NCBI RefSeq assembly: GCF_004010195.1
Contig: NC_057717.1
Span: forward strand, 103,035,667 to 103,099,666
Reading direction: 5' to 3'
Length of the DNA stretch: 64,000 bases
Source: Chiloscyllium plagiosum
Taxonomy: Eukaryota
The position numbers were made by a program, and so were the translations under genes. Below are positions 11,335-22,944 of the stretch, piece by piece. Below the pieces are notes generated by a model that saw only the letters and a program-made list of their open reading frames with translations, did no database searches and was not told the DNA's origin. The first letter of the stretch is position 1; every line of letters begins with the position of its first letter.

Positions 11335-14180
11335 TTATTAAATTCATTCATAGGGTAAGACTGTTGCTGGTATCCAGTATTTATTGCCCTTACTGGAGGA
11401 GGTGCAGATGAGCTACAGTCCTTTGGGAGTAAGGATACTCACAATTCCTTAGGGAGGCAATTCCAGGATTTTGACCCAGTGACACTGAAGGAATGGCGAT
11501 ATGTTTCCAAGTCAGGATGGTGAGCAGCTTGGAGGGGAACTTGCAGGGGGTGGTGTTCCCCTGTATCTGCTGACCTTGACCTTCCAGATGGAAATGGTTG
11601 TGCATTTGGCAAGCGCATTTATGAAATTCTTGTAGAAGGTGCACGTTGCTGCCATTGTGCGTTAACAGTGAAGGGAGTGAATGTTGGAAGTGGTGCCAAT
11701 CACTATGCTGCTTTGTTCAGGTGCCAATCAAGTGGACTTTTTTGTCCTGGATGGTGTCAAGTTTCTTGAGTGTTGTTGGAGCTGCACCCATCCAGGCAAG
11801 TAGGAAATGTTCCATCACCCTCCTGACTTGTGTTTCATAGATGGTGGACAGGGTTTGAGGAATCAAGAGGTAAATTACTTGCTTCAGAATTCCTAGTTTC
11901 GAATCTGATCTTGTAGTTACAGTAGTTATGTGTCTGATCCAGTTCAGTTTCTGTGCAATGGTTACCCCTAAGGATGTCAATAATGAGGAATTCAGTAATG
12001 GTCATTTCATTGAAAGTCAAGGGGCAGTGGTTAGATTTTCTCGTGTTGGAGATGGTCTTCGTCTGCCACTTGTCGTGGGTAAATGTTACTTACTTGTTAT
12101 CAGCCCAATCTTGGATGTTGTCCAGATCTTGCTCCATATGAGATGTTTCAACATGGAATGCATACAGGCTGCTTCAATATCTAAGGGGTCATGAGTAGTG
12201 CTGAACGTTTTGTAATCAACATCCCCACTTCTAACCTGATGATCATCAGAAGTTGAAGAGGTGGTGGTGTATTGATAATGTCATTGGACGAGTAACTCAG
12301 AAAGAGCCCCAGCAAAACTGGGGTCAATGGGAATTGAGTGAAAACTCTCCATCAGTTGGAGTCATTAGCTCAAATCTCACCAGGGCAGAAAGTGAAATTT
12401 GAATTCAATAAAATTAGGTCTTGCCAATGATGCCCAATTCTCAAAAAAAAACAATGTAAGGTCATTAACAAAGCAACTGAAGCTGGTTGGACCTAGATTA
12501 GATTCTCTACAGTGTGCAAACAGACTCGTTGGCCCAATAAGTCCACACCGCCCCTCCGAAGAGAAACCCACCTCCCTCCCTTATATTTACCTCTGACTAA
12601 CGCACCTAACACTGTGGGCAATTTAGCATGGCCAATTCACCTGACCTGCACATCTTTGGATTGTGGGAGGGAGCCAGACCAAACCCAATCAGACACAGGG
12701 AGAATGTGCAAACTCCGCACAGACAGTCACCTGAGGCTGGAATCGAACCCAGGTGCTGTGAGGCAGCAGTGCTAACCACTGAGCCACCGTGCCACCCAGG
12801 ACACTACCCTTAGGAACTCCTGCAGAGACATCCTGGAGCTGAGATGACTGATGTCCATCAACCTTCTTCCTTTTTTTTTGCCAGTTATGACTCCAACCAG
12901 AGGAGAGTTTTCAACCAATTTCCATTGACTCCAGTTTAACTCAGGCCCTTTCAAGCTGCACCCAGCCTTGATATCATGAGCAGGTCACTCTCATCTCGCC
13001 ACTGGAGTTCAGCTCTTTGGTCCATGTTAAGGCCAGGGTTGCATTGAGATCAAGAGCTGAGTGGATAGCCATAGTGAATCCATACTAAGTGTCAGTAAGC
13101 AGCTTATTCTTTGCACTGTCAACAATTATTTCTGTCAATTTGCTGATGATTGAGAGTATATTGATATTGTTAGATCTGTCCTGCTTTTTTGTATATAGAA
13201 TTTTTCTAGACAATTTTCAACATTGTTGGACAAATGCCAGTGTTGTAACAGTACTGGAATGGCTTGGAAAAGTCCACAGAAAGTTCTGGAACATGTGTCT
13301 TGTACGATTGCCGGAATGTTGCCAGACCCCACATGGCGTTTGCAGCATCCAGAGCGTTCAGCCATTTCTTGATACAATGTGGAGTGAATTGAACTGGCTG
13401 AAGATTGCCATCTGTGATGCTGGGGCTCTCTGGAGGAGGCTGAGATGGATCATCCACATGGCACTTTTGACTGAAGATTGCTGCGAATGCTTCGGCCTTA
13501 TCTTTTGCACTGATGTGCCGGGCTCCCCCATCATTGAGGATGGGGATTACTTGTGGAGCCTCCTCCTCCAGTGAGTTGTTTAATTGCCCACCACCATTCA
13601 CAACTGGATGCGGCAGAATTGCAGATCTTAGATCTGATCTATTGGTTGTGTGATCGCTTAGATCTAACACTTGCCGCTTATGCTGTCTGGTACACAAGTA
13701 GTCTAGTGGTAACTTCACCAGAGTGACACTTTCTTTTCAGGTACGTCTGGTGTTGCTCCTGGCAGGGTGGGGGATGTACTGGGCCCTGAGATTATCGATT
13801 GTACTGGAGTACGATTCTGCTGATGGCTCACAGTGCCTCGTGGATTCGCATTCTTGAGTTGCTAGGTCTGTCCATTCTACTTAGCATGGGGATAGTACCG
13901 CATGGAGATATTCTCAACATGTAGGCAGGATTTGTCTCCACAAGGACTGTGCAGTGGTCACTCTTACCAAACCTGTCATGGTAGGGCATGACTAAACTGG
14001 TGAAAACAAAATAAAGTTTATTGTCTTCTTTCTTGTTGGTTCCCTCATCATTTGATACAGACTCAACCTGGCAGCTTCGTCCTTAAGGATTTGACCAGCT
14101 CAGTTAATACTGCTACCAAGTCACACTGAAGTCCCCCCACCAGCGTACGTTTTGTGCTTCATTTGGGGCAAACAATAGGT
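11335..14180 (-). mobile_element. Long decayed LINE ORF2 (CR1/L2 group, family B), interrupted by SINEs
   Basis: LSTIYETQVRRVMEH..AWMGAAPTTLKKLDTIQDK and IPILNDGG..ISAKDKAEAFAAIFSQKC..IKKWLNALD; many stops and frameshifts. Confidence 0.82.
12494..12797 (-). mobile_element. HE1/V-SINE
   Basis: Head ggtggcacggtggctcagtggttagcactgctgcctcacagc, V domain, (atcta)n tail. Confidence 0.92.
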
Positions 14181-14234
14181 GGTAACACACAGGAGTGTCT
14201 CCCTAGCCATTAGCATGTCTCCTGAAGGTAATGT

Positions 14235-14540
14235 GGTCTGCCTAGTGCCAGGGTTGAGGATGTCTCCCCAGAGCTGCAGTGAAAAGGGAAGGATCTGGCT
14301 ATTATAGTCCAAGTTCATGGTAATGATATTGGATAAGATCCCAGAGCTTTGAACAGTCAGGAGCTAAACTAAAAAGTGGAACCTCTAAGGATTACTACCA
14401 AGCTCAGGATAAATGAAGTTAAAGGGCTAAATGCATGAATGAAAGGTTGATTTGAAAGGAATGGATTTCATGTGACAGTATCAGCGTAAATAGGACCTGT
14501 TCCAATTCACTGGCTTCATGTTAACTGTGCTGGTGAATTG
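14235..14540 (+). mobile_element. Decayed CR1 ORF1 (SGNH esterase-like) remnant
   Basis: Pieces read LPSARVEDVSPELQ and KGKDLAIIVQVHGNDIG, matching the CR1 ORF1 C.PGARV.DV...VVVHIGTNDI motif. Confidence 0.6.
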
Positions 14541-14819
14541 AGTAGGAAATGAAGGGACAGTGAGTAAAAGGATAGGAAAGCAGCAACAAGGAAGTTTAAT
14601 GAATGGATCTCAGAATAAAAACTCCCCCTGGGAAACACTGACCATAACATGGTAGAATTTAGCATTCAGCTTGAGAGTGACAAACTTGGCTCAGAATCAA
14701 CTGTGCTAAGCAAGGGTGCTAACATCAGGACGAGAGCAGAGTAGACTGGGAAAAGAGGTTAGCAGAAAAGACAAATGAAGAACAATTGCAGACTTTTAAA
14801 TGTGAACTGTTTATGGATC

Positions 14820-15620
14820 GCAGCCAAGATACATCCCAATGAGAAAGAAGTACACTAGAAAGAAAATGAATCAACCATGGTTAACAAAGGAAGTTAATGA
14901 GACCATCACCTTGAAAGAAATGGCATATAACATGATAAAAATTAATGGCAAATCCCAGTGGACTGGGAAAGTTTCAAAAGCCAACAAAAAATGACCGATA
15001 TCATAATAAAGTGGGAGAATATAAACAATGAGGGAAAACTAGCAAGTAATGTAAACATGGATGGTAAGAGCTTCTTTTGATATCTAAAAAAGAAGAGAGC
15101 AGTCAAAGTGGTCATAAGCCCCTGAGAGACCGAGGCTGGGGAAATTACAATATAGAATCAGAAAATGACTGAGGAGTTGAATAAACATTTTGCCTCAGTT
15201 TTTGCATCAGAGAGGACATTAATAGCATTCCAAAACATGCTAAATAATCAAGGGGCTGGTGGGGGAGTGAGGAGTTAGGGGAAGGGGTTGGGGGGTGGGG
15301 GGGGGGGGGGGGGGGGTGGAAATTAACATAAGCACCACAAGAGCACTGGACCTGATGGGTTGCATCCTAGGATTTCAAAGGAAGTAGCTACCAAAATAAT
15401 GGATGTACCAGCTGTAAACTTCCAAAGAACTTAGAATCTGGAAATGTTCCAGAGGATTGGAAAACTGGTAATGTAACATGCTGATCAAAAAGGCAGAGAG
15501 ACGAAACAGGTGCACCAGTTAGCTTAACATTTAACATTGAGAAGATGTTATAGTCTATTATTAAGGATGTAATAGCAAAGCATTTGCAAATGCATAATGT
15601 GATCGAGCAGAATTCTCATG
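14820..15620 (+). mobile_element. Decayed CR1 ORF2 internal fragment
   Basis: PWLTKEV, EELNKHFASVF, GPDGLHPRI.KEVA, VPEDWK..NV motifs. Confidence 0.8.
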
Positions 15621-16435
15621 TATTTGTTGCTCCTGCCCTTCTCGATGGAAGTGGTCATGGGTTTGGAAGATGCTGTCTGAGGATCTTTCGTGAATTTCTG
15701 CAGTGCATCTTGCAGATGGCACGCACTGCTGCTACTGAGCGTCAGTGGTGACGGGAGCGGATGCTTGTGGATGTGGTGCTTTGCCCTGGATGGTGTCAAG
15801 CTTCATGAGTGTTGTTGGAGCTGCATTTATTCAGGCAAGTGGAAAGCATTCCATCACACTCCTGACTTGTGCCTTGTAGATGGTGGACAGGCACTGGGGA
15901 GACAGGAGGTGAGTTACTTGCCACAGTATTCCTAGCCCATGACCTGCTCTTATAACCATTGTTTTTATATGGCAAGTCCAGTTGTGTCTTTGGTCAATGG
16001 TAACCCTAGGAGTTAGTGGTCAGAAATTCAGTGATGGTAATACCACCATTTTAACTCTTAATAGAGATAGTCATTGCCTGGCATTGTGTGGTGCTAAGGT
16101 TATGTGCCACTCTCACCCTAAAGCTAAATGTTATCCAAATCTTGTTGCATTTGGACATGGATTGCTTCAGTACCTGAGGAATAAATGGAACTGTGTAATT
16201 ATTTGCGAACATCCCACTTATGATGGAGGGAAGGTCATTGATGAAGCAGCTGAAGGTGGTTGGGCTGAGGACACTACCCTGGAGGAGTTGCTGCAGAGAT
16301 GTCCTGGATCTGAGATGACTGACCTCGAACAAACACAGCCATTTTCTTCCATTCCCGGGATGATTCCACTCAGCAGAGAGTTTGCTCCCTGATTTCTATT
16401 GACTCCAGTTTTGCGAGAGCTCCTTGATGCAACCT
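15620..16435 (-). mobile_element. Family-B LINE ORF2 fragment nested in CR1
   Basis: QGSVLSPTTFSCFINDLPSII RT motif plus family-B C-terminus. Confidence 0.82.
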
Positions 16436-16565
16436 TTGGCCATAAAGGAATCAGGGCTTATGGGGATACAGTGTGGTTAAGGATTGTTAGATCAGCTATG
16501 ATCCCAACTAATCACAGCACCACACAAATGCCAAGCAATGACCATCTCTATTAAGAGTTAATCTA

Positions 16566-16892
16566 AGATTAGATTAGATTCCCTACACATGGAAACAGGC
16601 CCTTCGACCCAACCAGTCCACACCGACCCTCCGAACAGGATTACACCCACACTCACTCCCCTACCTTACATTTACTAAAGCACCTAACACTTTGGGCAAT
16701 TTAGCATGGCCAATTCACCTAACCTGCACATCTTTGGATTGTGGGAGGAAACCAGAGCATCAAGAGGAAACCCAAGTAGACACGGGGAGAATGTGCAAAC
16801 TCCACACAGACAGTTGCCTGAGGCAGGAATTGAACCCAGGTCCCTGGAGCTGTGAGGCTGCAGTGCCAACCATTGAGCCACCATGCTGCCCC
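16566..16892 (-). mobile_element. HE1/V-SINE
   Basis: Full head, V domain and atcta tail. Confidence 0.92.
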
Positions 16893-16959
16893 AAAATTCA
16901 AAACCTCTAGGTTTTCACTGAGGTTGTCCTTCTTCCTCTCCCATTCCCATTGCCCACCA

Positions 16960-17325
16960 TAAGAAATTCCTCCTAACCTCTATCTTAAATGGGCAACCCA
17001 TTTCTATGAGATTATACACTTTCGTTCTAGACTATCCCACAAGGGGAAACAATCTCTCCACTTCCACCTTGTCGAGTCCCCTCAGAGGCTTTGTACATTT
17101 CACTAAGGTCTCCTCCCATTCTTCTAACCTCCAACGAATACAGGCCCACCCTACTCAACAACCCGTCATAAGTGAGTCCCTCCATATCTGGTATTAGCCG
17201 AGTGAGCCATCTCTGGGCTACCTTTGCTGAGGTAAGGGACCCAAAACTGTTCACAGTATTCCAGCCATGGTCTGACCAGTGCATTGCAGTCCCTGCTACA
17301 CCTCTGTCCTTTTATACTCCATATA
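16960..17325 (-). mobile_element. CR1 LINE fragment
   Basis: QRWLTRLIPDMEGLTYDGLLSRVGLYSLEVRRMGGDLSEMYK. Confidence 0.85.
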
Positions 17326-17399
17326 AATCCAACGAGGAATTCAGGATTAATGCCTTTGCTGACCGAGATCTGAGAATGTGCCAGAATAATTTAGAGGGG

Positions 17400-17955
17400 A
17401 GGTGATGGATTGACGGTATTATCGCTGCACTGTTAATCCAGAGACCCCGGTAATGTTCTGGAGACCTGGGTTTGAACCTGTCATGGTGGATGGGGAGAAT
17501 TGAATTCAGTAAAAATCTGGAATTAGGGATTCCACGATGACAATGAAACCCTCCGCTCTGATTTATCACCATCACCCCCAACCTGCATCCACCTATCGCC
17601 TTCCAAGCTACTTTCCCACAGCCTCGCGTCCCCCTTCTATTTATCTCTCAGCCCCCTTGGGCACCCCCCTCCTCCCTGATGAAGGGCTTATGCCCGAAAC
17701 ATCGACTCTCCTGCTCCTCGGATGCTGCTTGGCTGTACTTTTCCAGTGCCACACTTTTTGATGCTGTCAGAAAATCCATCTGGTTCACTAACATCTTTTG
17801 GGGAAGGAAGCTACCATCCACAGCTGGTCTGGCCTACATGTAACTCCAGACCCACAGCAATGCGGATGACTCTTCACTGCCCCCTGGGCAATTAGGGATG
17901 GGCAATAAATGCTGGCCCAGCCAGTGATGCCTTTACCCCATGAATGAATTAATAA
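17400..17955 (+). mobile_element. tRNA-derived SINE family B, split by a PLE insertion
   Basis: Head ggtattatcgctgcactgttaatccagagacc; tail ggcaattagggatgggcaataaatgctggcc...atgaatgaat. Confidence 0.78.
17548..17762 (+). mobile_element. PLE family-1 3' UTR with hammerhead motif (17674-17706, weak stem I)
   Basis: C-rich UTR then CTGATGA-a-GGGC ttat GCCC-GAAA-ca-TC. Confidence 0.78.
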
Positions 17956-18857
17956 AAGACTAAATAGTTGCGGTGATACATAAAAGGGGAAGGTGGAGAA
18001 GGATAGGAAGGAGAAGGCAGGAGTGTATGCTGATAGGACAAGTTGAGGGGGAGTGAGAAGGTGCATATGCAGATCATAAAGACCCAGCATGCACTCCCTG
18101 GGCCAAATGGGCTGTTTATATGCTGCAAGTTCAATGCAATTGTATATTATAAAATGATTCAATTTGGTGAAACCACTTAATTGTCAGGGATTGTTGAAAC
18201 AGGTTATAAAAAGTCTATCTGTTCCCTGTTTAGCCACTTGAAGGCCAAACCAATGGGTGAGGATGGATGCTTTTCTGTCCTTTGTGGGTGTGGGTGTGGC
18301 TGTGCAGGCCAGCATTAAGTCCCCACTCTAGTCACCCTTGAAAAGATGAGTGATCAAATCCCGACAGTGCAGAAAGCAGCCATTCAGCCCATCGGGTCTG
18401 CGCTGATCCTCTCCAGAGCATCCTACCATGACCCAGTCCCTATCCTATCCCTGCATTTAGCACGGCCAATCCATTTAGACATCACTGGGTGACGCTACTG
18501 ATGGAAAACTTTCTGCTGTGGAGAGTCACATACTTGTCAGGTCCCCACAGAGCTGAAGAGAAACGTTTGCTTATTTTCCTTCTTATTAAAATGTTTCAAA
18601 GAATGAAGAATCGCGTCTTCTGAACCCAGCAGAGCTGGGGTGTTGAGCGTGTCTGGGATGGTGGATTGAGTGGGGGAGAGAGGAAATGGGAGACACTAGT
18701 GAAGACTGAGGACAGGGTCTAAGAAGTTTAGAACTCACTATCATGCTTTACAGAGAATCCAATCTATATGGAGCAAGTACAACATCATTCCCACTATAGT
18801 TGCTCTGCTGAGAGCTGCAACATATTAAACAGTTCAGACTTTCAGCCTGTTTTCTCT

Positions 18858-19570
18858 ATGTGTGTCTGTATATGTGTGTGAGCGTGTGCCTGTGTGTGGC
18901 TGTGTGGGTCTCTATGTGTCTGTTTGTGTATGTGTGTGTGAGTGTGTGCATGTGCGTGTCTGTGTGTGTGTGTCTGTATGTGTGTGTCTGTGCATTTGTA
19001 TGTTCTGATGACCGCTTGCTTGTCTTTATGTACGTCTTTGCATAAAATGGCTTGCTCTAGCTTCCTATGTGTGTATGTCTGTGCACTTGCTCCTGTGTAC
19101 CTATATGTCTATGCATATTTGGCTGTGTCTCTAGTTTTATGTGTTAATGTGTGTTTGTTTAAGTATCTGTTTGTGTCCTTGAATGTCTCTCTGTGTCAAT
19201 ATGTTTGCGTGTATGTTTGTGTCAGTACGTTCGACTGTGTTTACTTGTTTGGAAGTGAAGTATACATTCTTTGTACATTCCATGCATGTGTGTGTACGCC
19301 AGTTCATCTGTGTCTATTTCTATGTGTGACTTGTCTGTGTATTTCAGCCTGTATGTATCTGGGTGTCAGTCTATCTGTATGGGTCAGTCTGTTTGCTTCA
19401 GTCTATGTGTCAATCTGTCTGTAAGTCTCAGGCCGATCTATTCATATGTGTCTCTGTGTGTCTGTCTGTGTGTGTCAGTCTGTTGGCTTCTGCCTCTGTG
19501 TGTCAGTCTGTCTGTGGACATGTGTCTGTGTGTGACAATCTGGCTGTGTATGTGTGTGTGTATGTGTATT
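18858..19570. repeat. Degenerate (GT)n/(GTCT)n tract
   Basis: Visible dinucleotide periodicity. Confidence 0.9.
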
Positions 19571-19619
19571 TTAATTTATGTCTCAGGGTGCTTACCTTAA
19601 CATATTTGCATTGTTAAAT

Positions 19620-19669
19620 TTCTAAGCGGAACAATATATTTAAAGAATTAAACACAATCATTGGCTCGT

Positions 19670-19707
<38 letters not shown>

Positions 19708-20080
19708 CTTCCCCTTCTCTCTGTGCCAGATTCTCCTGCTGGAAGCTACTGCTGCAGCAGCACAGCCCTGTTCCCTGTAGCTCCCTGTTTAAATATCAAT
19801 AGATACACAGATATCCTCCCTGTTTTGATGCTGTTTCCTTTTCAAACCATCAAACACTTTCTGCACCCCCAACCCCCCTTCTTTTCCTAACAATGGGGTT
19901 ATGACTGAGCCTTGCATCATTGATCAAATGATGTTTGAGGTTAAAAATAAGGCAGCCTGCAGGGACAACTGGCTATAAATGCTGGATCAAGATCTCCCTT
20001 TCAAAACAGAACACCATACTCTGACATCTTGAGATCAGAAGTGAAGAGGTGGCTGGCGATCTCTCCCTTCCTGTCTTTTT
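19620..20080 (+). promoter_or_regulatory. Candidate promoter/5' UTR of the exon at 20081
   Basis: Free of interspersed repeats; reverse CCAAT (attgg 19660), (CT)n at about 19670-19702, TATAAA at 19974-19979, in-frame upstream stop TGA at 20030-20032. Confidence 0.45.
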
Positions 20081-20146
20081 ATGCAGAGAATGAATCTCTC
20101 TATCACCTTCTCTCTGCTCCTGCTGATCGGCCCAAACCCTTGTCAG
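20081..20146 (+). CDS. Candidate first coding exon: 22-aa signal peptide, noelin/olfactomedin (OLFM1/2/3 A-exon)-like
   Basis: MQRMNLSITFSLLLLIGPNPCQ has a basic n-region, hydrophobic core and polar c-region; phase-0 donor CAG|GTACGT at 20147; length, phase and G/Q positions resemble noelin A-type first exons recalled from memory; paralog unresolved. Confidence 0.55.
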
Positions 20147-21189
20147 GTACGTGCTTTCTATTGCTCTTTTTAATTTACGATCAGGTCTCAATAAGGCAGT
20201 AAAGGTTTGCTGAGGCTTTCGCTGGGGACCGTGTTACTGAGCGTGCTCCGGGACTGTTGTTGATAGGATCCCTGGCAGTGATGTTTTTTAGCATGTTTTC
20301 TTTTGTTGTAGTTAATGTCTCGTCAGAGGTGCTTTGCATGGATAAGATGTGGGTTTTAAGCTTGTCTTTGCTTATCTTATCAGTTGGAAGATGAAATGCT
20401 TGATGTCCCATAAACTCCAGGCATTGTGATCTGTTTCAGCAAAGGCATAGCCACAGTCCGAACTACACATGGTCCTAAAGACACCCTTCTGTACGACACC
20501 ACTCTCATTGCCTGTCCACATTGTACGCACGCAACAAAAGCCCATTTGGCATCTCTGCACATGGAAATACATTCAAATACAGGAGTCTTTTCTGGTCAAA
20601 CCTATTATGTACGTGTGTGACTGGTGTTTCTTGAACAAACTCTTGGTTACAGCCCTATCTTTGTCAGAGTGTGTGTGTGTAGACCTTTCGCAGAGTTTTG
20701 CAAAATTCAAAGTCACCTTGGCCCCTCAACTGAGGAGTTTGGGGATGGGGAACTGTTCACTTTGCAGGTTGTCTGCCTCTCTATGTCATCTAGTTCGCAC
20801 TTGTAGTCAATTCCTGAGACAAATTTATCTGCTGGTACTTTGGCAAACTAAGTCTTTGTAGGAGGTAATGGAGAGCAACCCTTGTTGGGAATGTGGTGAT
20901 TAGAAATGGTATATAAACAAATGTAAATTCTAGACATGACTCAGAGTGGGGAAGCAAAATTTGGAAGTTCTTTGAATATGGGGATGTGATGGCTGCAGCA
21001 ATGTGAGATCTATACTCTTGTGAGTAAATGGTAACAATCTTAGTGGAACATAACTCGACAGAGAGAATGATGAGAGGAGACATCTTGGCTGAAGCCCTTG
21101 AAGTCTTGGGCTCCAGTACCAAGTGATTGGTGTCACTATGATTATTGTTGGAACAATTAAAGTCAAGGTACCATTCCCTTTTTGTCAGG

Positions 21190-21530
21190 GTGAAACAGTG
21201 GTAACATCACTGGACTTGGACTCTTAAGGCATGGGTTCAAATCCCATCAGAGCCATCTTAAATTCCGTGAATGAGTGAAGATTTGGAATTGAAACCCCCT
21301 CTCAGTGAATGAGAAACTATCACTGATTCTCATGGAAACCCATTTAGTTCACCAATGTCCTTTAAGGAAGGAAATCGTTACCTGATCTGACTGACAAGTC
21401 TCTCCAGGCGCACTGCAATGTGCTTGACTCTTAACGGCCTTCTGAAATGGTCCCAGCCAGTTCAAGGACAATTAGGGACGTGCAATAAATGTTGGCTTTA
21501 CTCACAATGCCAGCAGACCATCAAAGAATG
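21190..21530 (+). mobile_element. SINE family B, diverged
   Basis: ggtaacatcactggact...gggttcaaatccc...aattagggacgtgcaataaatgttggc. Confidence 0.7.
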
Positions 21531-21660
21531 AGCAAATTACTGCAGATGCAAGAATCTGTACTAAAAACAAAAATTGCTGGAAGTTACAGCAGGGCAGACA
21601 GCATCCATGGAGAGAAAGCAAGCTAACGCTTCGAGTCTAGATTATTTTTCATCAGAGATA
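21530..21660 (-). mobile_element. PLE family-3 terminal fragment with decayed hammerhead
   Basis: Reverse complement CTGATGAaaaataatctagactcGAAGcgTTagcttg; homologous to 43183-43410. Confidence 0.7.
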
Positions 21661-21679
21661 CCATAAAGGAAGGCAAAGA

Positions 21680-22105
21680 TGGAGGACATCCCAAAACATT
21701 TTACAAACAAGCGAATGCGTTTGAAGTGTAGTTGCTACTGTATGAAGGGAAAATGACAGCCAATTGGCACACAGCGAGCCCTTCCAAACAGCAGTGAGAT
21801 AACGACATGATGGTCTGGTTGGGTGATGTTTCTTAAGGGATAAGTGTCACCCAGGTCATTGAGGACAGCTATCCTGCTCATCACCAAGTTGAGTCCTGGA
21901 ATCTCTTGCAACCACCGAGAGAACAGATGGAGCCTCAGTTTGACATTGCATTGAAAAGCTTGCACTTCCAGCACCACCTCACTGAGTGAATACATCAGCC
22001 TGGATTGGGCACTTGAGCTCCCTAGAGTGAATCTTGAAGTTTTAACTGCCTGACTGAGGAGAGAGTGACAGAGAGATGCTACCCACTGCGTCACATCTGA
22101 CACCA
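21680..22105 (-). mobile_element. Deu-domain SINE (SacSINE1/AmnSINE1-like), near full length
   Basis: gaatctcttgcaaccaccgagagaacagatggagcctcagtttgacat...tcagcctggatt resembles the reverse Deu domain; tRNA-like head near 22100. Confidence 0.65.
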
Positions 22106-22304
22106 GTCCTTCCTGCAGTTACAACAACGAATCTGGCTTTGGCTGTTAGACCAGTGGATTACTGCCCAGGAGAAGCAACTACTTGGCAATAGTTCTTGCT
22201 GCATCATGCATTATCATCGAGTGCAGTTTGAGTCTTTCCAAAGCAGTGAACATTGTGGCTCTGAAGAGTAACTGGTTTGTTCAAGTCTTCTCCACACTAT
22301 ATCG

Positions 22305-22690
22305 ACACATACACACACCAACACACACACATTCACACAGACAGGCAGACAGACACAGACACACACACATGCACACAGGCAGACAGGCAGACATACAGAC
22401 ACACAGTCAGACACACACACCAACACGCACACATTCACACAGACAGGCAGACAGACACAAACACACAGACAGACACACACGCGTGCACACAGGCAGACAT
22501 ACAGACAGACACACAGTCAGACACACACACACATACACACGCACACACACAGACAGGCAGGCAGACAGACAAACACACACACGCATGCACGCAGACAGAC
22601 ACACAGACAGGCAGACAGACACACACACAGACAGGCAGACACACACATGCACACAGACAGACAGATTGACAGACACACACACACGCACAA
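22305..22690. repeat. (CA)n/(CAGA)n microsatellite tract
   Basis: Visible periodicity. Confidence 0.93.
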
Positions 22691-22944
22691 AGATGCTACC
22701 TACTACTTTTAAGCAGTCTTTTTGAGTAACTTTGCCCATTGAAACATTGGGAATTAATATAAGGAAATAACTTTTCTGTCAGGATTCATTCCTGCCTGTG
22801 TATCATGTGAGAAGGAGTCCGCACATCGTGCTGTACACCGGTGACTGTACAATCGAAAGCTCTTTGTTGGCTGTCAGCACAAGAATGTGAGAATGAGCCA
22901 GGATCATGATTGACAATGGAGCCCCTTGACCCTAAACTATCAGC

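Noticed and set aside
20222..20242. REST/NRSF RE1 site near the candidate exon
   Set aside because: Too many mismatches to the TTCAGCACCACGGACAG consensus.
18860..22739. Cys/Val-rich and His/Thr-rich ORFs
   Set aside because: They are translations of (GT)n and (CA)n tracts.
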